Source: Candidatus Tayloriibacteriota bacterium (GTDB taxonomy: Bacteria; Patescibacteriota; Minisyncoccia; Phycocordibacterales; SIBU01). Taken from it: a stretch of 64,000 nucleotides of DNA. Position 1 is the first letter of the stretch; every line of letters begins with the position of its first letter. Positions 10,620 to 19,566 of this stretch are shown piece by piece. Where the stretch lies: the NCBI GenBank assembly GCA_009695005.1, contig SIBU01000002.1, forward strand, positions 7,274-71,273. Direction: 5' to 3'. The translations under genes were made by a program, and so were the position numbers. The notes under the pieces were generated by a model. That model saw nothing but the letters and a program-made list of their open reading frames with translations, was not told where the DNA came from and made no database searches.

Positions 10620-11348
10620 TCAAAGTGGACTGAGGATTGCCTTTACATATGGATTAACTATATTATCAACTAACATTAAAGCTTTTATTTCCGATAGAGA
10701 TAGCCAAATAAAATTATCATTTTCTTGCAGGGGAAGTTTAACTCCTGGCTTCAACAGATTTAATCTGCTCACGTTGCTTTTTTGCCAGAATCTTCCACCC
10801 TCCTCATTCTGACTGGCGGAATAAATAATTGTTGTATCGGGATGGTCAATATACTCGCTAAGAATAGGTTTGTGGCCCGAGTGATGTTGTCTCAGGTTAC
10901 TCATCGTTGCTTGGATAGAAGGTCCGAATTGAATTCTATTAATATTTCCACCCTCAAACTTGGCCTGCAATAAAAATTTAATCTCCCCTTTAATTTCTTG
11001 ACACAAGATAACCAAGTAGCCCCCTTCTTCCTGGACTATAATTGGCTGATCCCAACCAGAGACCTCGGAACTATTCGCATTTTGCACTCTTATTCCTTGA
11101 ACTGAAAAAAAATGACTGGTGCCTGCTTTGTGTCTGACCATCCCTTCTTTCTCTGAGTAAATCCAATCTTTCAATGAAGAAATTGGGAGTATCTGAATCG
11201 TCGATTGGTTTTTTGCTCTTTTTTTATGTAACCAATCCGTAGCGCGTTTAATATTCACTTTTGCTTTTTTCTTGTTAGAAAAAACTTTTGACCTTAGTTC
11301 ATTTAACCTTTTAGTATAAACTCGGGAGTTATTTTTAACCGTTTCCAT
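10620..11348 (-). CDS. NDP-hexose 2,3-dehydratase family protein (single domain)
   Basis: FFSVQGIRV, WDQPIIVQ, FLLQAKFEGGN, PSIQATMSN, QNEEGGRFWQKSN, FIWLSL. Confidence 0.8.
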   Translation of the reverse strand: METVKNNSRVYTKRLNELRSKVFSNKKKAKVNIKRATDWLHKKRAKNQSTIQILPISSLKDWIYSEKEGMVRHKAGTSHFFSVQGIRVQNANSSEVSGWDQPIIVQEEGGYLVILCQEIKGEIKFLLQAKFEGGNINRIQFGPSIQATMSNLRQHHSGHKPILSEYIDHPDTTIIYSASQNEEGGRFWQKSNVSRLNLLKPGVKLPLQENDNFIWLSLSEIKALMLVDNIVNPYVKAILSPL

Positions 11349-11623
11349 GGTGGAATAAATTATATATAGACCTATTTATATTTGCAAACTTGTATAAAAG
11401 ACTACCCATTTTCCCACTTTCTGAATGGCCGTTGATATTATTTTTGTAAAACAGGAAGCGATTTCAAACGTCAGTTTTCACTGAAACAAGTTAAGTTTTC
11501 TTTCAGGCTCAAGAATGAAAATAGCAGGTGCACGAACAGGCCCGCCACCGATATGATTTTGAATTTTTTTAAACCGCTTTACTAAATTGAGTGTGTTGAT
11601 TCCAGAATTACGTTAATCATGTT

Positions 11624-12487
11624 TTACGCTTTTCTATCAAACACACTATTTGATTTCAGTATTTTTGAAATACTCTGGGGGTAATAGTTCAAAGTGGTGT
11701 ATGTTTGAATACAATCCATAGATAAATTTGCTAATCTGATATCTTTTGATAAATCTAATTCTTCGGGGATAATCAGACTTGTGTCAAAATTAAAATGTTC
11801 TGCTATTTTTAAAGCAAAATCATATCTAGATAGACTTTCTGATCCTGCACAGTGAAATATTCCTCGATGCTCCTTTTCGATAATAATTCGAAGCATATTA
11901 CATAAATCTCCAATATAAGTAGGATTGTTTATTAGATTTACATAGGCATGAAAATTTCCCTCCCGTTTTAATTTCGTGTATACCTCATCAACAAAATCGT
12001 TTTTTGTTCCAAAAATTCCGCCTATTCGTACTATGACAAAATCAATCAAATTATTTCTTATCAGGTTCTCAGTTGCCAGTTTATCTTTCCCGTATTGCGT
12101 AGTTGGCACTGCAACTGATAATTCATCATGTTTATGAACGCCGTCAAAAACAGCATCTGTTGAAATATAAATCAATTTTATTTTATTTTCAAAACACTGT
12201 GAAATGATATTTTCTGAAGCTTCAAAATTAATTCTTCTTGAAAAAATCTTATCTGCTTCACATTTAGCCATATCCTTGCTTCCAGCAAGATGGAGAATAA
12301 TGTCTGGGGAAACAGATTTAATATATTGATTTGTTTTTATAAAGTCAGTTAAATCAACGTTACGGACATTTTCATGAATATGGGTATTAGAAAATCCAAT
12401 AGGAATAATTTGGTTTTCCTCGTCAGGAAGCATTCGCAATAATTCGCTACCGATATAACCAGTTGCACCGGTCATCAGAATTTTCAT
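11624..12487 (-). CDS. SDR, RmlD-like NDP-4-keto-sugar reductase
   Basis: TGATGYIG, YISTDAVFDG, YGKDK, NPTYIGD, SRYDFA. Confidence 0.75.
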   Translation of the reverse strand: MKILMTGATGYIGSELLRMLPDEENQIIPIGFSNTHIHENVRNVDLTDFIKTNQYIKSVSPDIILHLAGSKDMAKCEADKIFSRRINFEASENIISQCFENKIKLIYISTDAVFDGVHKHDELSVAVPTTQYGKDKLATENLIRNNLIDFVIVRIGGIFGTKNDFVDEVYTKLKREGNFHAYVNLINNPTYIGDLCNMLRIIIEKEHRGIFHCAGSESLSRYDFALKIAEHFNFDTSLIIPEELDLSKDIRLANLSMDCIQTYTTLNYYPQSISKILKSNSVFDRKA

Positions 12488-12599
12488 TTTATCATTTAGG
12501 AAAATTTTGATAATAACACTGAGACAATTAACAACTTCTTTCGATATTCTTAATTTGTTGACCTGTAAATATTTTCCGTATCCAGTGAAAATCTGGGGT

Positions 12600-12719
12600 T
12601 AAACTCATCGGAATTGGGAGTAAAAAATATATCCATCATGTACGTTTCGCTTTTTTGAAAGCAGATGTCATGTTAAAGCCCGTAAATCAGTTGCCGTCTG
12701 GGACAAGAATTTTTTTCAT
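12600..12719 (-). pseudogene. Decayed N-terminus of an NAD-dependent epimerase/dehydratase
   Basis: Reads MKKILVPDGN*FTGFNM from ATG 12719, a degenerate MKKILVTGGNGFIG Rossmann motif with TGA at 12687-12689. The 3' boundary is approximate. Confidence 0.5.
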
Positions 12720-12760
12720 AAGGTTGAATATAATTTAATTACTTACCGTTCGTCTTAAAA

Positions 12761-14122
12761 TTATTTCTTGATTTTCTTGGTTGTTACTGTTTTTTTATAT
12801 TCCTCCGCTCCCACAATTCGAGGAAAGGGAATGGGGATAATAAATTTACCTCCTTTGTCGCTAAAATCTTTGAGGTTGGCAATGATTTCCTTGGAAAAAT
12901 TCCAAGCTAGAAGTAGTGCATAATCCACCCCTTCGTTTATGAGTTCTACGTCGGAGACGACAGGAACGTGTCCACCGCCATGGCCACCCGGTGCGAAGCG
13001 GCCAATTTTCAAGCGCGCTCTTTCCGAAATAAGTTTGATGTGTCGGTTTGAAACTCCGATGTAATTTAAAAGAGTCATGCCTTTGGCAGGAGCCGAAACC
13101 ACCGCCAACTTTTTTCCTTGGTGTAGTAGTTTTTCAATAATCGTCATGAGTTCATCGCGATTTTTTCTAACACGTTTGGCAAAATTAAGCATGGTTTCCT
13201 TTTCGTGGAGTTTTGATTCTTTTTCAGCTTGAAGGAATTTTTGGACACTTGCATCAATCGAACGTGTACCGGTCCTTGCTATAAACACTCTGATGGAACC
13301 GCCATGAATATTGGTTTCTCTAATCATAAATATTTCCAAACCAAATTTGGCGAAGAAAGAAATGAGGGGTTTTATGGAAAGGTAAGACAGGTGTTCATGA
13401 TATACGGTATCGTATTCAAGATTTTCGACGAGGTGCTGAAAATACGGCGACTCAAAGATGAAAACCCCGTTCTTTTTAAGGATATATTTTACCGCGCGCA
13501 TTATTTCGTGCAGATCATCTATATGCGCGAACACGTTTGTGCCGACAATGACGGAAGCTGCGCCGACAAGTTTTTTGACTTTTTTGGCGCTTTCCATGCT
13601 GAAAAAATCGCAGATAGTCTTAATACCGTGTTCTTTGTTGGCTATTGCAACGATATTCGGAGCGGGATCAACCCCGATGGTTTTCATTCCCAGCTCTTTG
13701 AAAGATTTAAGAAGTGTGCCGACATTGCTTCCGATATCGACAATAACGTCATCTTTTTTTAATGAAAGGTCGGCGGTGATGGATTCCGCGAAACTGCCCC
13801 AGTGAGCCTGACCCGTTTTGGTCATCGATTGCTCGTAAGGATAGTCTAGTTGATATAGGACTTTCGGGTTGACTATATGACTTAACTGCGAGAGTCCGCA
13901 ATTTTCGCATAAAAGGACTCGTAGCGGATAAGAAATTTCCGGGATATCTAGTTCGTGCGCCGCTCTGAATTGGTCCGCGGGTGGAGTTAAACCCATGTCA
14001 AGATACAAGAAGAGTTTAGGGCTTTTGCACATTCGACAGACGGATGTTACACGATAGAGGTCTTTTACCGCTTCAGCCTGGATGTCTTTTTGCTTATGAT
14101 TTGTTTTTCGGTTGATAGTCAT
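12761..14122 (-). CDS. NDP-hexose C-methyltransferase (Zn-binding, class I SAM, C-methyltransferase C-terminal domain)
   Basis: CRMC...CENCGLSQL, DIGSNVG, NVFAHI, YDTVYHEHLSY, HGGSIR, APAKGMTLLNY, LLAWNF. Confidence 0.85.
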   Translation of the reverse strand: MTINRKTNHKQKDIQAEAVKDLYRVTSVCRMCKSPKLFLYLDMGLTPPADQFRAAHELDIPEISYPLRVLLCENCGLSQLSHIVNPKVLYQLDYPYEQSMTKTGQAHWGSFAESITADLSLKKDDVIVDIGSNVGTLLKSFKELGMKTIGVDPAPNIVAIANKEHGIKTICDFFSMESAKKVKKLVGAASVIVGTNVFAHIDDLHEIMRAVKYILKKNGVFIFESPYFQHLVENLEYDTVYHEHLSYLSIKPLISFFAKFGLEIFMIRETNIHGGSIRVFIARTGTRSIDASVQKFLQAEKESKLHEKETMLNFAKRVRKNRDELMTIIEKLLHQGKKLAVVSAPAKGMTLLNYIGVSNRHIKLISERARLKIGRFAPGGHGGGHVPVVSDVELINEGVDYALLLAWNFSKEIIANLKDFSDKGGKFIIPIPFPRIVGAEEYKKTVTTKKIKK

Positions 14123-14401
14123 ATAATAAGATGCCAAATTCTTGCATATTTTTTTCTGATTTGCAACATCTGTAATGTATCACGACCTTCGCAATACATG
14201 AAGTAAAATTATGTATGTTCCAGACACGATAAATTTCCAAATCTTGCTTTACTTTAGACTAGGGATGCAATAAAGACCTTTCCTAAAAGATTCCGACTCC
14301 AAAAATAAATATGAGTAAGGTGAAGGAAGTGGAAGAAAATAGCAGAAAAAATTTCGTGTAAAGAATCAGCTAGGAAAAGCCTGTTTAAAAAATTGTGAAA
14401 A

Positions 14402-15667
14402 TTATCTGGCGGATTTTTTATCAAAACGATCTATGCATGCGTTCAGCTTGTTGCTTAGATTGCTAAAGGACCATCTTTCCAAAACTTTTTTACCGTTTAG
14501 TACGAGTTGTTTCTGAAGATTTTCGTCTTTAGAAAAGGAATGAATTTTTTCGGCAATATCCTCCGGGTTACTTGGATCGAACAGGAGAGCTGCATCAAAA
14601 ACTTCATCCAATATTCCGGGAACATTTGATTGAAGAACTGGCTTGTCCATGAACCACGCTTCGATTGTTGGGGTTTGAATCCTACCCATAAAGCTTGGAA
14701 TAATCATTGCGGAACAAAGGGCAAATAACGCACTCATTTCATCATTGTCGGCATAGCCAATCAGGTGGATTTGGTTTTCAATTTTTAAATCCTTGATTTT
14801 CTGGAGTACCTTCTCGTATTCTCCCCACAGTTCTTGTTTGCTTCCGGGTAGAACAAGGTGGAAAATTTCCCCTTTGTCTCGAAGAATTTTAACAGCCTCT
14901 ATCAAATTTCGATGGTTTTTATGGGGCCAAAATTGGGCTGGATAAAATAAAAAACCTGGGGGGAGACTGTGTTTTAGGGCAACTTCCTTCTTTTTCTCTT
15001 CCGAAACGTTTTTTGTCAGATAGATAGGTGGAGCGCACCGTATGACTTCCACAGTATTTTCATCTCTGCCATAAATTTCACAGAACTCTCTCTTGTTTTG
15101 GTCGATTTCAACTATTACAATGGTTGCCTTTTTGGCCACATTTTTATATAGGTATTCCCTTTTTTCCCACTGTCCTAAAGACCAAACTTCTGGAAATTGC
15201 CTGTTGAATCTGTGCTGAAGTTCGTGGACCACTACCAGCGAAGGAATGTTTGACAGATAAGACATTTCCGAAGGCCCGTGATAGACCATAAGGTCTATCC
15301 CGTGACCTTCAAAGTTAAGTGCTCTTTTTTTAGAGTTCAGCCTCGCCAAGAAAATTTCAACCCTGTACAGTCGGAGTGCGCGGAGAAGATTTATTATCAA
15401 CAAATTTATTTTTCTGCGGAATGTTGGTGCAACAGATTTTTCTTCGTTGACACTTTTGCCTTCCTCGGAATTTTTTATCCTTTTAAATCCAATAGGAACT
15501 ATTTTCCAGTTCGAATCCTTGAAATCTTCAAAAGGAAAATCAGGGGAAAGGGTGAATATGATGTAGTCATGTTTTTTATTTTCCTTAAATGCGGCAAGCA
15601 TATTGACGGCGTATTGGTATACGCCACCGGATTTCATATTGCATTCGAAATAGAAGCCTATTTTCAT
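14402..15667 (-). CDS. Glycosyltransferase family 4
   Basis: GGVYQY, YPAQFWPHKNH, EAWFMDKPVL, DAALLFDP. Confidence 0.85.
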   Translation of the reverse strand: MKIGFYFECNMKSGGVYQYAVNMLAAFKENKKHDYIIFTLSPDFPFEDFKDSNWKIVPIGFKRIKNSEEGKSVNEEKSVAPTFRRKINLLIINLLRALRLYRVEIFLARLNSKKRALNFEGHGIDLMVYHGPSEMSYLSNIPSLVVVHELQHRFNRQFPEVWSLGQWEKREYLYKNVAKKATIVIVEIDQNKREFCEIYGRDENTVEVIRCAPPIYLTKNVSEEKKKEVALKHSLPPGFLFYPAQFWPHKNHRNLIEAVKILRDKGEIFHLVLPGSKQELWGEYEKVLQKIKDLKIENQIHLIGYADNDEMSALFALCSAMIIPSFMGRIQTPTIEAWFMDKPVLQSNVPGILDEVFDAALLFDPSNPEDIAEKIHSFSKDENLQKQLVLNGKKVLERWSFSNLSNKLNACIDRFDKKSAR

Positions 15668-15862
15668 ATTATGTTTCGATAATGGTAGCATGTATATATA
15701 GGGTTTTCCACATATACTGTAACAATCGAAAATTGCTGTAGTTACAAGACGATATGATGTGTGAAGCGGATTTCTCAGCGATTTAGCCCTACTTACTAAA
15801 TTAAATAGTTAATTATTTCATCAAGTAGGATATGAAAGAGTGCTGTGCTAGTATTGTTGACT

Positions 15863-16654
15863 ATGAATGCACAAATTGTATCGACCTTGGGTCCATCTAG
15901 CGGAAGCGAGAAAGTTTTGGTAGCAATGATTAAGGGAGGTATAAATATAGCTCGATTAAATTTTTCATGGGGTACTCATGAGGAGCATGGCTTACGTGTA
16001 GATAACCTTCGTAAGGCTGCCAAAAAACTTAAAAAGAGGATCCTAATCCTTCTGGATTTGTCTGGGCCAAGAGTGGCTGCTAAAGGTGGACATCATTTTG
16101 ACGGTGTAAGTAAAAAAATATTGACTAAAAAGGATATAAACGATCTTAATTTTGCTAAGAAATATGGTGTTGATTACGTTGCCCTTTCTTATGTCGGATG
16201 TGCGGCAGATGTGGTAGATCTTAAAGAGGAGTTGAAGAAAAAAGGCGTTACCGCAAAAGTAGTTGATAAAATTGAAAGAAAGAAGGCTTTCGATAATTTG
16301 GATGAAATTTTGAAAGAAGCTGACGCCATTATGATTGCCCGCGGAGATTTGGGGAATGAAATTCCTTTGGAAAAAATTCCTTACGTTCAAAGTATTATTA
16401 TTGCCAGAGCCAAGGAGGCGGGGAAGCCGGTGATTACTGCAACAGAAATGATGATATCAATGGTTGAAAAATCAAGACCTTCACGTGCGGATGTTTCGGA
16501 TGTTACAGTTGCAATTTTAACCGGAACAGATGCTGTTATGCTTTCCGAGGAGACAGCTATCGGTAAGTATCCTGTTGAAGTTGTGCAGATGATGAAAAGA
16601 ATAGCCGTAGAAGCTTCTCGTCAGCCGTTCGCTAAACCTCTCAATTCTTTTTAG
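15863..16654 (+). CDS. pyk: Pyruvate kinase, minimal barrel-only form (263 aa)
   Basis: IVSTLGP, ARLNFSWG, DLSGP, KIE, IMIARGDLG, KPVITATEM, DAVMLSEETAIGKYP. Confidence 0.85.
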   Translation: MNAQIVSTLGPSSGSEKVLVAMIKGGINIARLNFSWGTHEEHGLRVDNLRKAAKKLKKRILILLDLSGPRVAAKGGHHFDGVSKKILTKKDINDLNFAKKYGVDYVALSYVGCAADVVDLKEELKKKGVTAKVVDKIERKKAFDNLDEILKEADAIMIARGDLGNEIPLEKIPYVQSIIIARAKEAGKPVITATEMMISMVEKSRPSRADVSDVTVAILTGTDAVMLSEETAIGKYPVEVVQMMKRIAVEASRQPFAKPLNSF

Positions 16655-16717
16655 TTTTAGTATCATTTTAGACCTGAAGTTAGAAGTTTTAGGGTGTGTT
16701 TGTTGTATTAAATTTAT

Positions 16718-16795
16718 TTGACATATTATCATGTTCATGATAGTGCGAAATTCGGTTACTTAGTCAGAACATATAAAAATTCAATCAGGAAAGGT
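16718..16795 (+). promoter_or_regulatory. Putative sigma-70 promoter, leader and SD for the 16800 gene
   Basis: TTGACA at 16718-16723, weak -10 near 16739-16746, AGGAAAGG just upstream of the ATG. Confidence 0.5.
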
Positions 16796-16799
16796 CAAT

Positions 16800-17351
16800 A
16801 TGACCGAATGGACATTTGATGAAATTGAAGAAGGTAAAAGAACCCTAGCACGAATCAAGGAAAGAGGATTTCCCGTTCCACTCGATATTATTTTTGGCTT
16901 AACTGAGTCATTTTTCACTATCGTCGTTGAGTGCGCCGTGGTTAAGCGGTTTGACCACGGACCTACTGGGGTCGAGTGGCAGACACTCTGGATTCGCCGA
17001 CCCTCGGATGATCGTTATTACCCCAATAGGTGGCATATGCCTGGGAAAATGCAATTACCAGGGATCAGCATTCCGAAAATGATTGAGAGGACATTAGCTC
17101 GTGAAGTAGGCGTTGCTGTCGACGGAAGTCTGGTTCCCAAAATTGGTTTTTTTGAGGATATTGGCGGTCGTCGAGGGCACGAACATCAGCACCAGTACTT
17201 TGTCACTGTGCCGCAAGACTCCGAAGTAAAAACGGAAAAGGGCGAGTCTCATGTTTGGTGCAATGTGTTTGGGGCTCCGCCTCAGCCAACCCTTCAACCC
17301 CATCTGAAACTTCTTGAAAACCTTCGAGATTTCCTGAGAAAGAAGATTTAA
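16800..17351 (+). CDS. Divergent Nudix-fold protein (resembles GDP-mannose mannosyl hydrolase)
   Basis: TLWIRRPSDDRYYPNRWHMPGKMQLPGISIPKMIERTLAREVG is a degenerate Nudix box. Confidence 0.55.
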   Translation: MTEWTFDEIEEGKRTLARIKERGFPVPLDIIFGLTESFFTIVVECAVVKRFDHGPTGVEWQTLWIRRPSDDRYYPNRWHMPGKMQLPGISIPKMIERTLAREVGVAVDGSLVPKIGFFEDIGGRRGHEHQHQYFVTVPQDSEVKTEKGESHVWCNVFGAPPQPTLQPHLKLLENLRDFLRKKI

Positions 17352-17367
17352 GATTCGGGCGATACCT

Positions 17368-17404
17368 AATACCCAACTACACTTGTGTGGTCGGGTATTT
17401 TTTT
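17368..17404 (+). terminator. Intrinsic terminator
   Basis: aatacccaactac...gtggtcgggtatt stem followed by a T run, between convergent genes. Confidence 0.7.
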
Positions 17405-17406
17405 AG

Positions 17407-18639
17407 CTAATATTTTTTAAGAAAATCAGTAAATATTTTTTTCATATAATCAAGCATTTCCGGAGTTAATCCTTGATGAGCACCTACTGCGAAGGTATCC
17501 TTCATTATTTTGTCGGCATTTTTGAGTTCCCCAACAACTCTTCGTGGTAAGTTTTTGTAAGCTGGATGTCTTAAGATGTTTCCCGCAAAGAAGAGTCTTG
17601 TTTGGATGTTTTGGCTTTCCAGGTATTTTACTATTGTAAAGCGGTCAAAGGGCGCCCCGTCTCTAATGGTAAGAGGGAATGCCAGCCAGCTTGATTTAGC
17701 ATTACTGTGTTCCTCCGGTAAAATAAAATATTTCTCATATTCCTTAAAAAACCTTTTTAAGGAATCAAAGTTATGTTTACGAATTTTAATTACATTCGGC
17801 AATCTTTTTAGTTGTTCTAGTCCGAAGGCGAACATCATTTCGACAGGCTTTAGATTAAAACCCATATGAGTATAAGTAAATTTCCTGTCATAATGAATAC
17901 CTGTAATTTTTGTGGTAAAACGCTTTTCTAGGCTTTCATCATCGTTAAGAGCTGCTCTACCCCATTCACGATAAGAATAAGCCGATTCGTATAATTTTTT
18001 GTCTGAAACCGCAACGATACCTCCGCCTCCTCCTGCCGTGATGTGATGTGAGGCGTAGAAACTTGACGTGGTTACATCACTGTAGGTTCCTGCCGGCTTT
18101 CCGTTGAATGTTCCAGCCATAGTGTCGCAACTATCATCTATGAGATAAAGTTTGTGCTTGTTGCAAAAAGCACGAAGTTTTACCATGTCATTTAAATTAC
18201 CAAAAGCGTGCGGAATTAATATCGCTTTAGTTTTTGGAGAAATCATTTTAGGAAGATTGTTGAGATCTAGGTTGTAAGTGCCAAGTTCAGAATCACCAAC
18301 TACAGGTACTAAATTATTGATATATATCGTGCTGTAAGTGGTAGAGAAAGTGCACGCAGGAGTGATTACCTCACTACCTGGAGGGAGATTTAATATTTTG
18401 AGGGCGAGTAGGTTTGCCGATGATCCTGAATTGACTACTATGCCGTATTTTTTTCCAAAAAGCTTGGAGGTTTTTTTTTCGAATTCCTCCACAATTGGTC
18501 CCATTCCAAGCCAGCCACGTTTGAGACAGGCTACTACTGCCTCTATTTCCTCTTCACCGTACACTGTTTGAGCATAGTAAACTTTATCTTTTCCTGGGGT
18601 AAACTTTCCTGACTTATTGTGTATTCCGTAATATTTCAT
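17407..18639 (-). CDS. PLP/PMP-dependent E1 (RfbH/DdhC)-like NDP-4-keto-6-deoxyhexose dehydrase lacking the Fe-S cysteines
   Basis: VNSGSSANLL, DDSCDT, SSFYASHHITAGGGG, REWGR, YDRKFTYTHMGFNLK, QTRLFFAGNILRHP. Confidence 0.75.
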   Translation of the reverse strand: MKYYGIHNKSGKFTPGKDKVYYAQTVYGEEEIEAVVACLKRGWLGMGPIVEEFEKKTSKLFGKKYGIVVNSGSSANLLALKILNLPPGSEVITPACTFSTTYSTIYINNLVPVVGDSELGTYNLDLNNLPKMISPKTKAILIPHAFGNLNDMVKLRAFCNKHKLYLIDDSCDTMAGTFNGKPAGTYSDVTTSSFYASHHITAGGGGGIVAVSDKKLYESAYSYREWGRAALNDDESLEKRFTTKITGIHYDRKFTYTHMGFNLKPVEMMFAFGLEQLKRLPNVIKIRKHNFDSLKRFFKEYEKYFILPEEHSNAKSSWLAFPLTIRDGAPFDRFTIVKYLESQNIQTRLFFAGNILRHPAYKNLPRRVVGELKNADKIMKDTFAVGAHQGLTPEMLDYMKKIFTDFLKKY

Positions 18640-19564
18640 AGCGTTTGTAGTGGTTGATAATTTTTTTCAGGCCCTCAGTATAATCTATTTGCGCGTGCCA
18701 ACCAAGTTTATTTATTTTTGAGGTATTGGCTACAAAGTTGGTGATTCCCACTGCATTATGAAAGGCAGGTGGCGGTATCGGAGTTATTTTTGATTTATTG
18801 CCGGTATGTTCCAGTATGTAATTAATCATATCCTTAAATTGCACTGGTTTCCCATAGCCAATTAGATAAGTTTCGTTGACCGCTTTATTTTCTAAGAAGT
18901 GGAGAGCATCAATTACATCATCAATATAGATGTAATCTCGCTTAAAATTTCCACCATGATAGACGTTTAAATTTTCACCTCGGATAGCTCTCATTACTGC
19001 AAAATTGAGCCATGCTTTTTTCGGATCATCAAAAGTTTCACTAGCGCCGTACACGTTTGTAAATCGGGCAATGAGGTAGGGAATTTGATATAGGCGAGAG
19101 TAGAGTTTTAGAATTTCTTCGGTTGCTAATTTGGTAATTCCATATAATCCCAAAGGATCAATTTTACTCTCCTCGGTTATCGGTTTTTTTGTATTATCGT
19201 ATTCGTTGCCGTAAACTTGAATTGTTGCCGGATAAATTATTTTCGGTTTTTTTGTTAAATCTTTGCATAATTCTAAAATTCTCAACGTTCCCTTTATATT
19301 TGTATCAACGTCGACAGAAGTGTCGGTCAGGACGTGATAATTGTGTGTTGTGCTCGCACAGTGGTAAATGCAGTCAACTCCTTCGATGTCATTTTTTGTT
19401 ATGGCCGATATATCCTTTATTAAAATTTTGACATTTTTGTTTTTAATACGATTTTTATCTTTTGAAGATCTTGAAATTACGGTGATGGAACCCTTAAGTG
19501 AGTTTGCTATGGCTGATCCAATAAAACCTAAACCGCCAGTTACTAGGTATTTCTTTTTTTTCAT
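18614..19564 (-). CDS. NAD-dependent epimerase/dehydratase (possible NDP-sugar 4-reductase)
   Basis: TGGLGFIG, YGITK, RFTNVYG, RDYIYIDD. Confidence 0.8.
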   Translation of the reverse strand: MKKKKYLVTGGLGFIGSAIANSLKGSITVISRSSKDKNRIKNKNVKILIKDISAITKNDIEGVDCIYHCASTTHNYHVLTDTSVDVDTNIKGTLRILELCKDLTKKPKIIYPATIQVYGNEYDNTKKPITEESKIDPLGLYGITKLATEEILKLYSRLYQIPYLIARFTNVYGASETFDDPKKAWLNFAVMRAIRGENLNVYHGGNFKRDYIYIDDVIDALHFLENKAVNETYLIGYGKPVQFKDMINYILEHTGNKSKITPIPPPAFHNAVGITNFVANTSKINKLGWHAQIDYTEGLKKIINHYKRYEILRNTQ

Positions 19565-19566
19565 GA

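Noticed and set aside
11400-11620. Short minus-strand reading (…HIGGGPVRAPAIF…) as a gene remnant
   Set aside because: No start codon or recognisable family.
12687-12689. TGA at a Gly position suggesting genetic code 25
   Set aside because: Many intact genes end in TGA (often in ATGA overlaps) and long ORFs have no internal TGA. The site lies in an otherwise degenerate relic.
14138-14401. Possible membrane-gene remnant in the spacer
   Set aside because: Only short hydrophobic readings, with no homology I can support.
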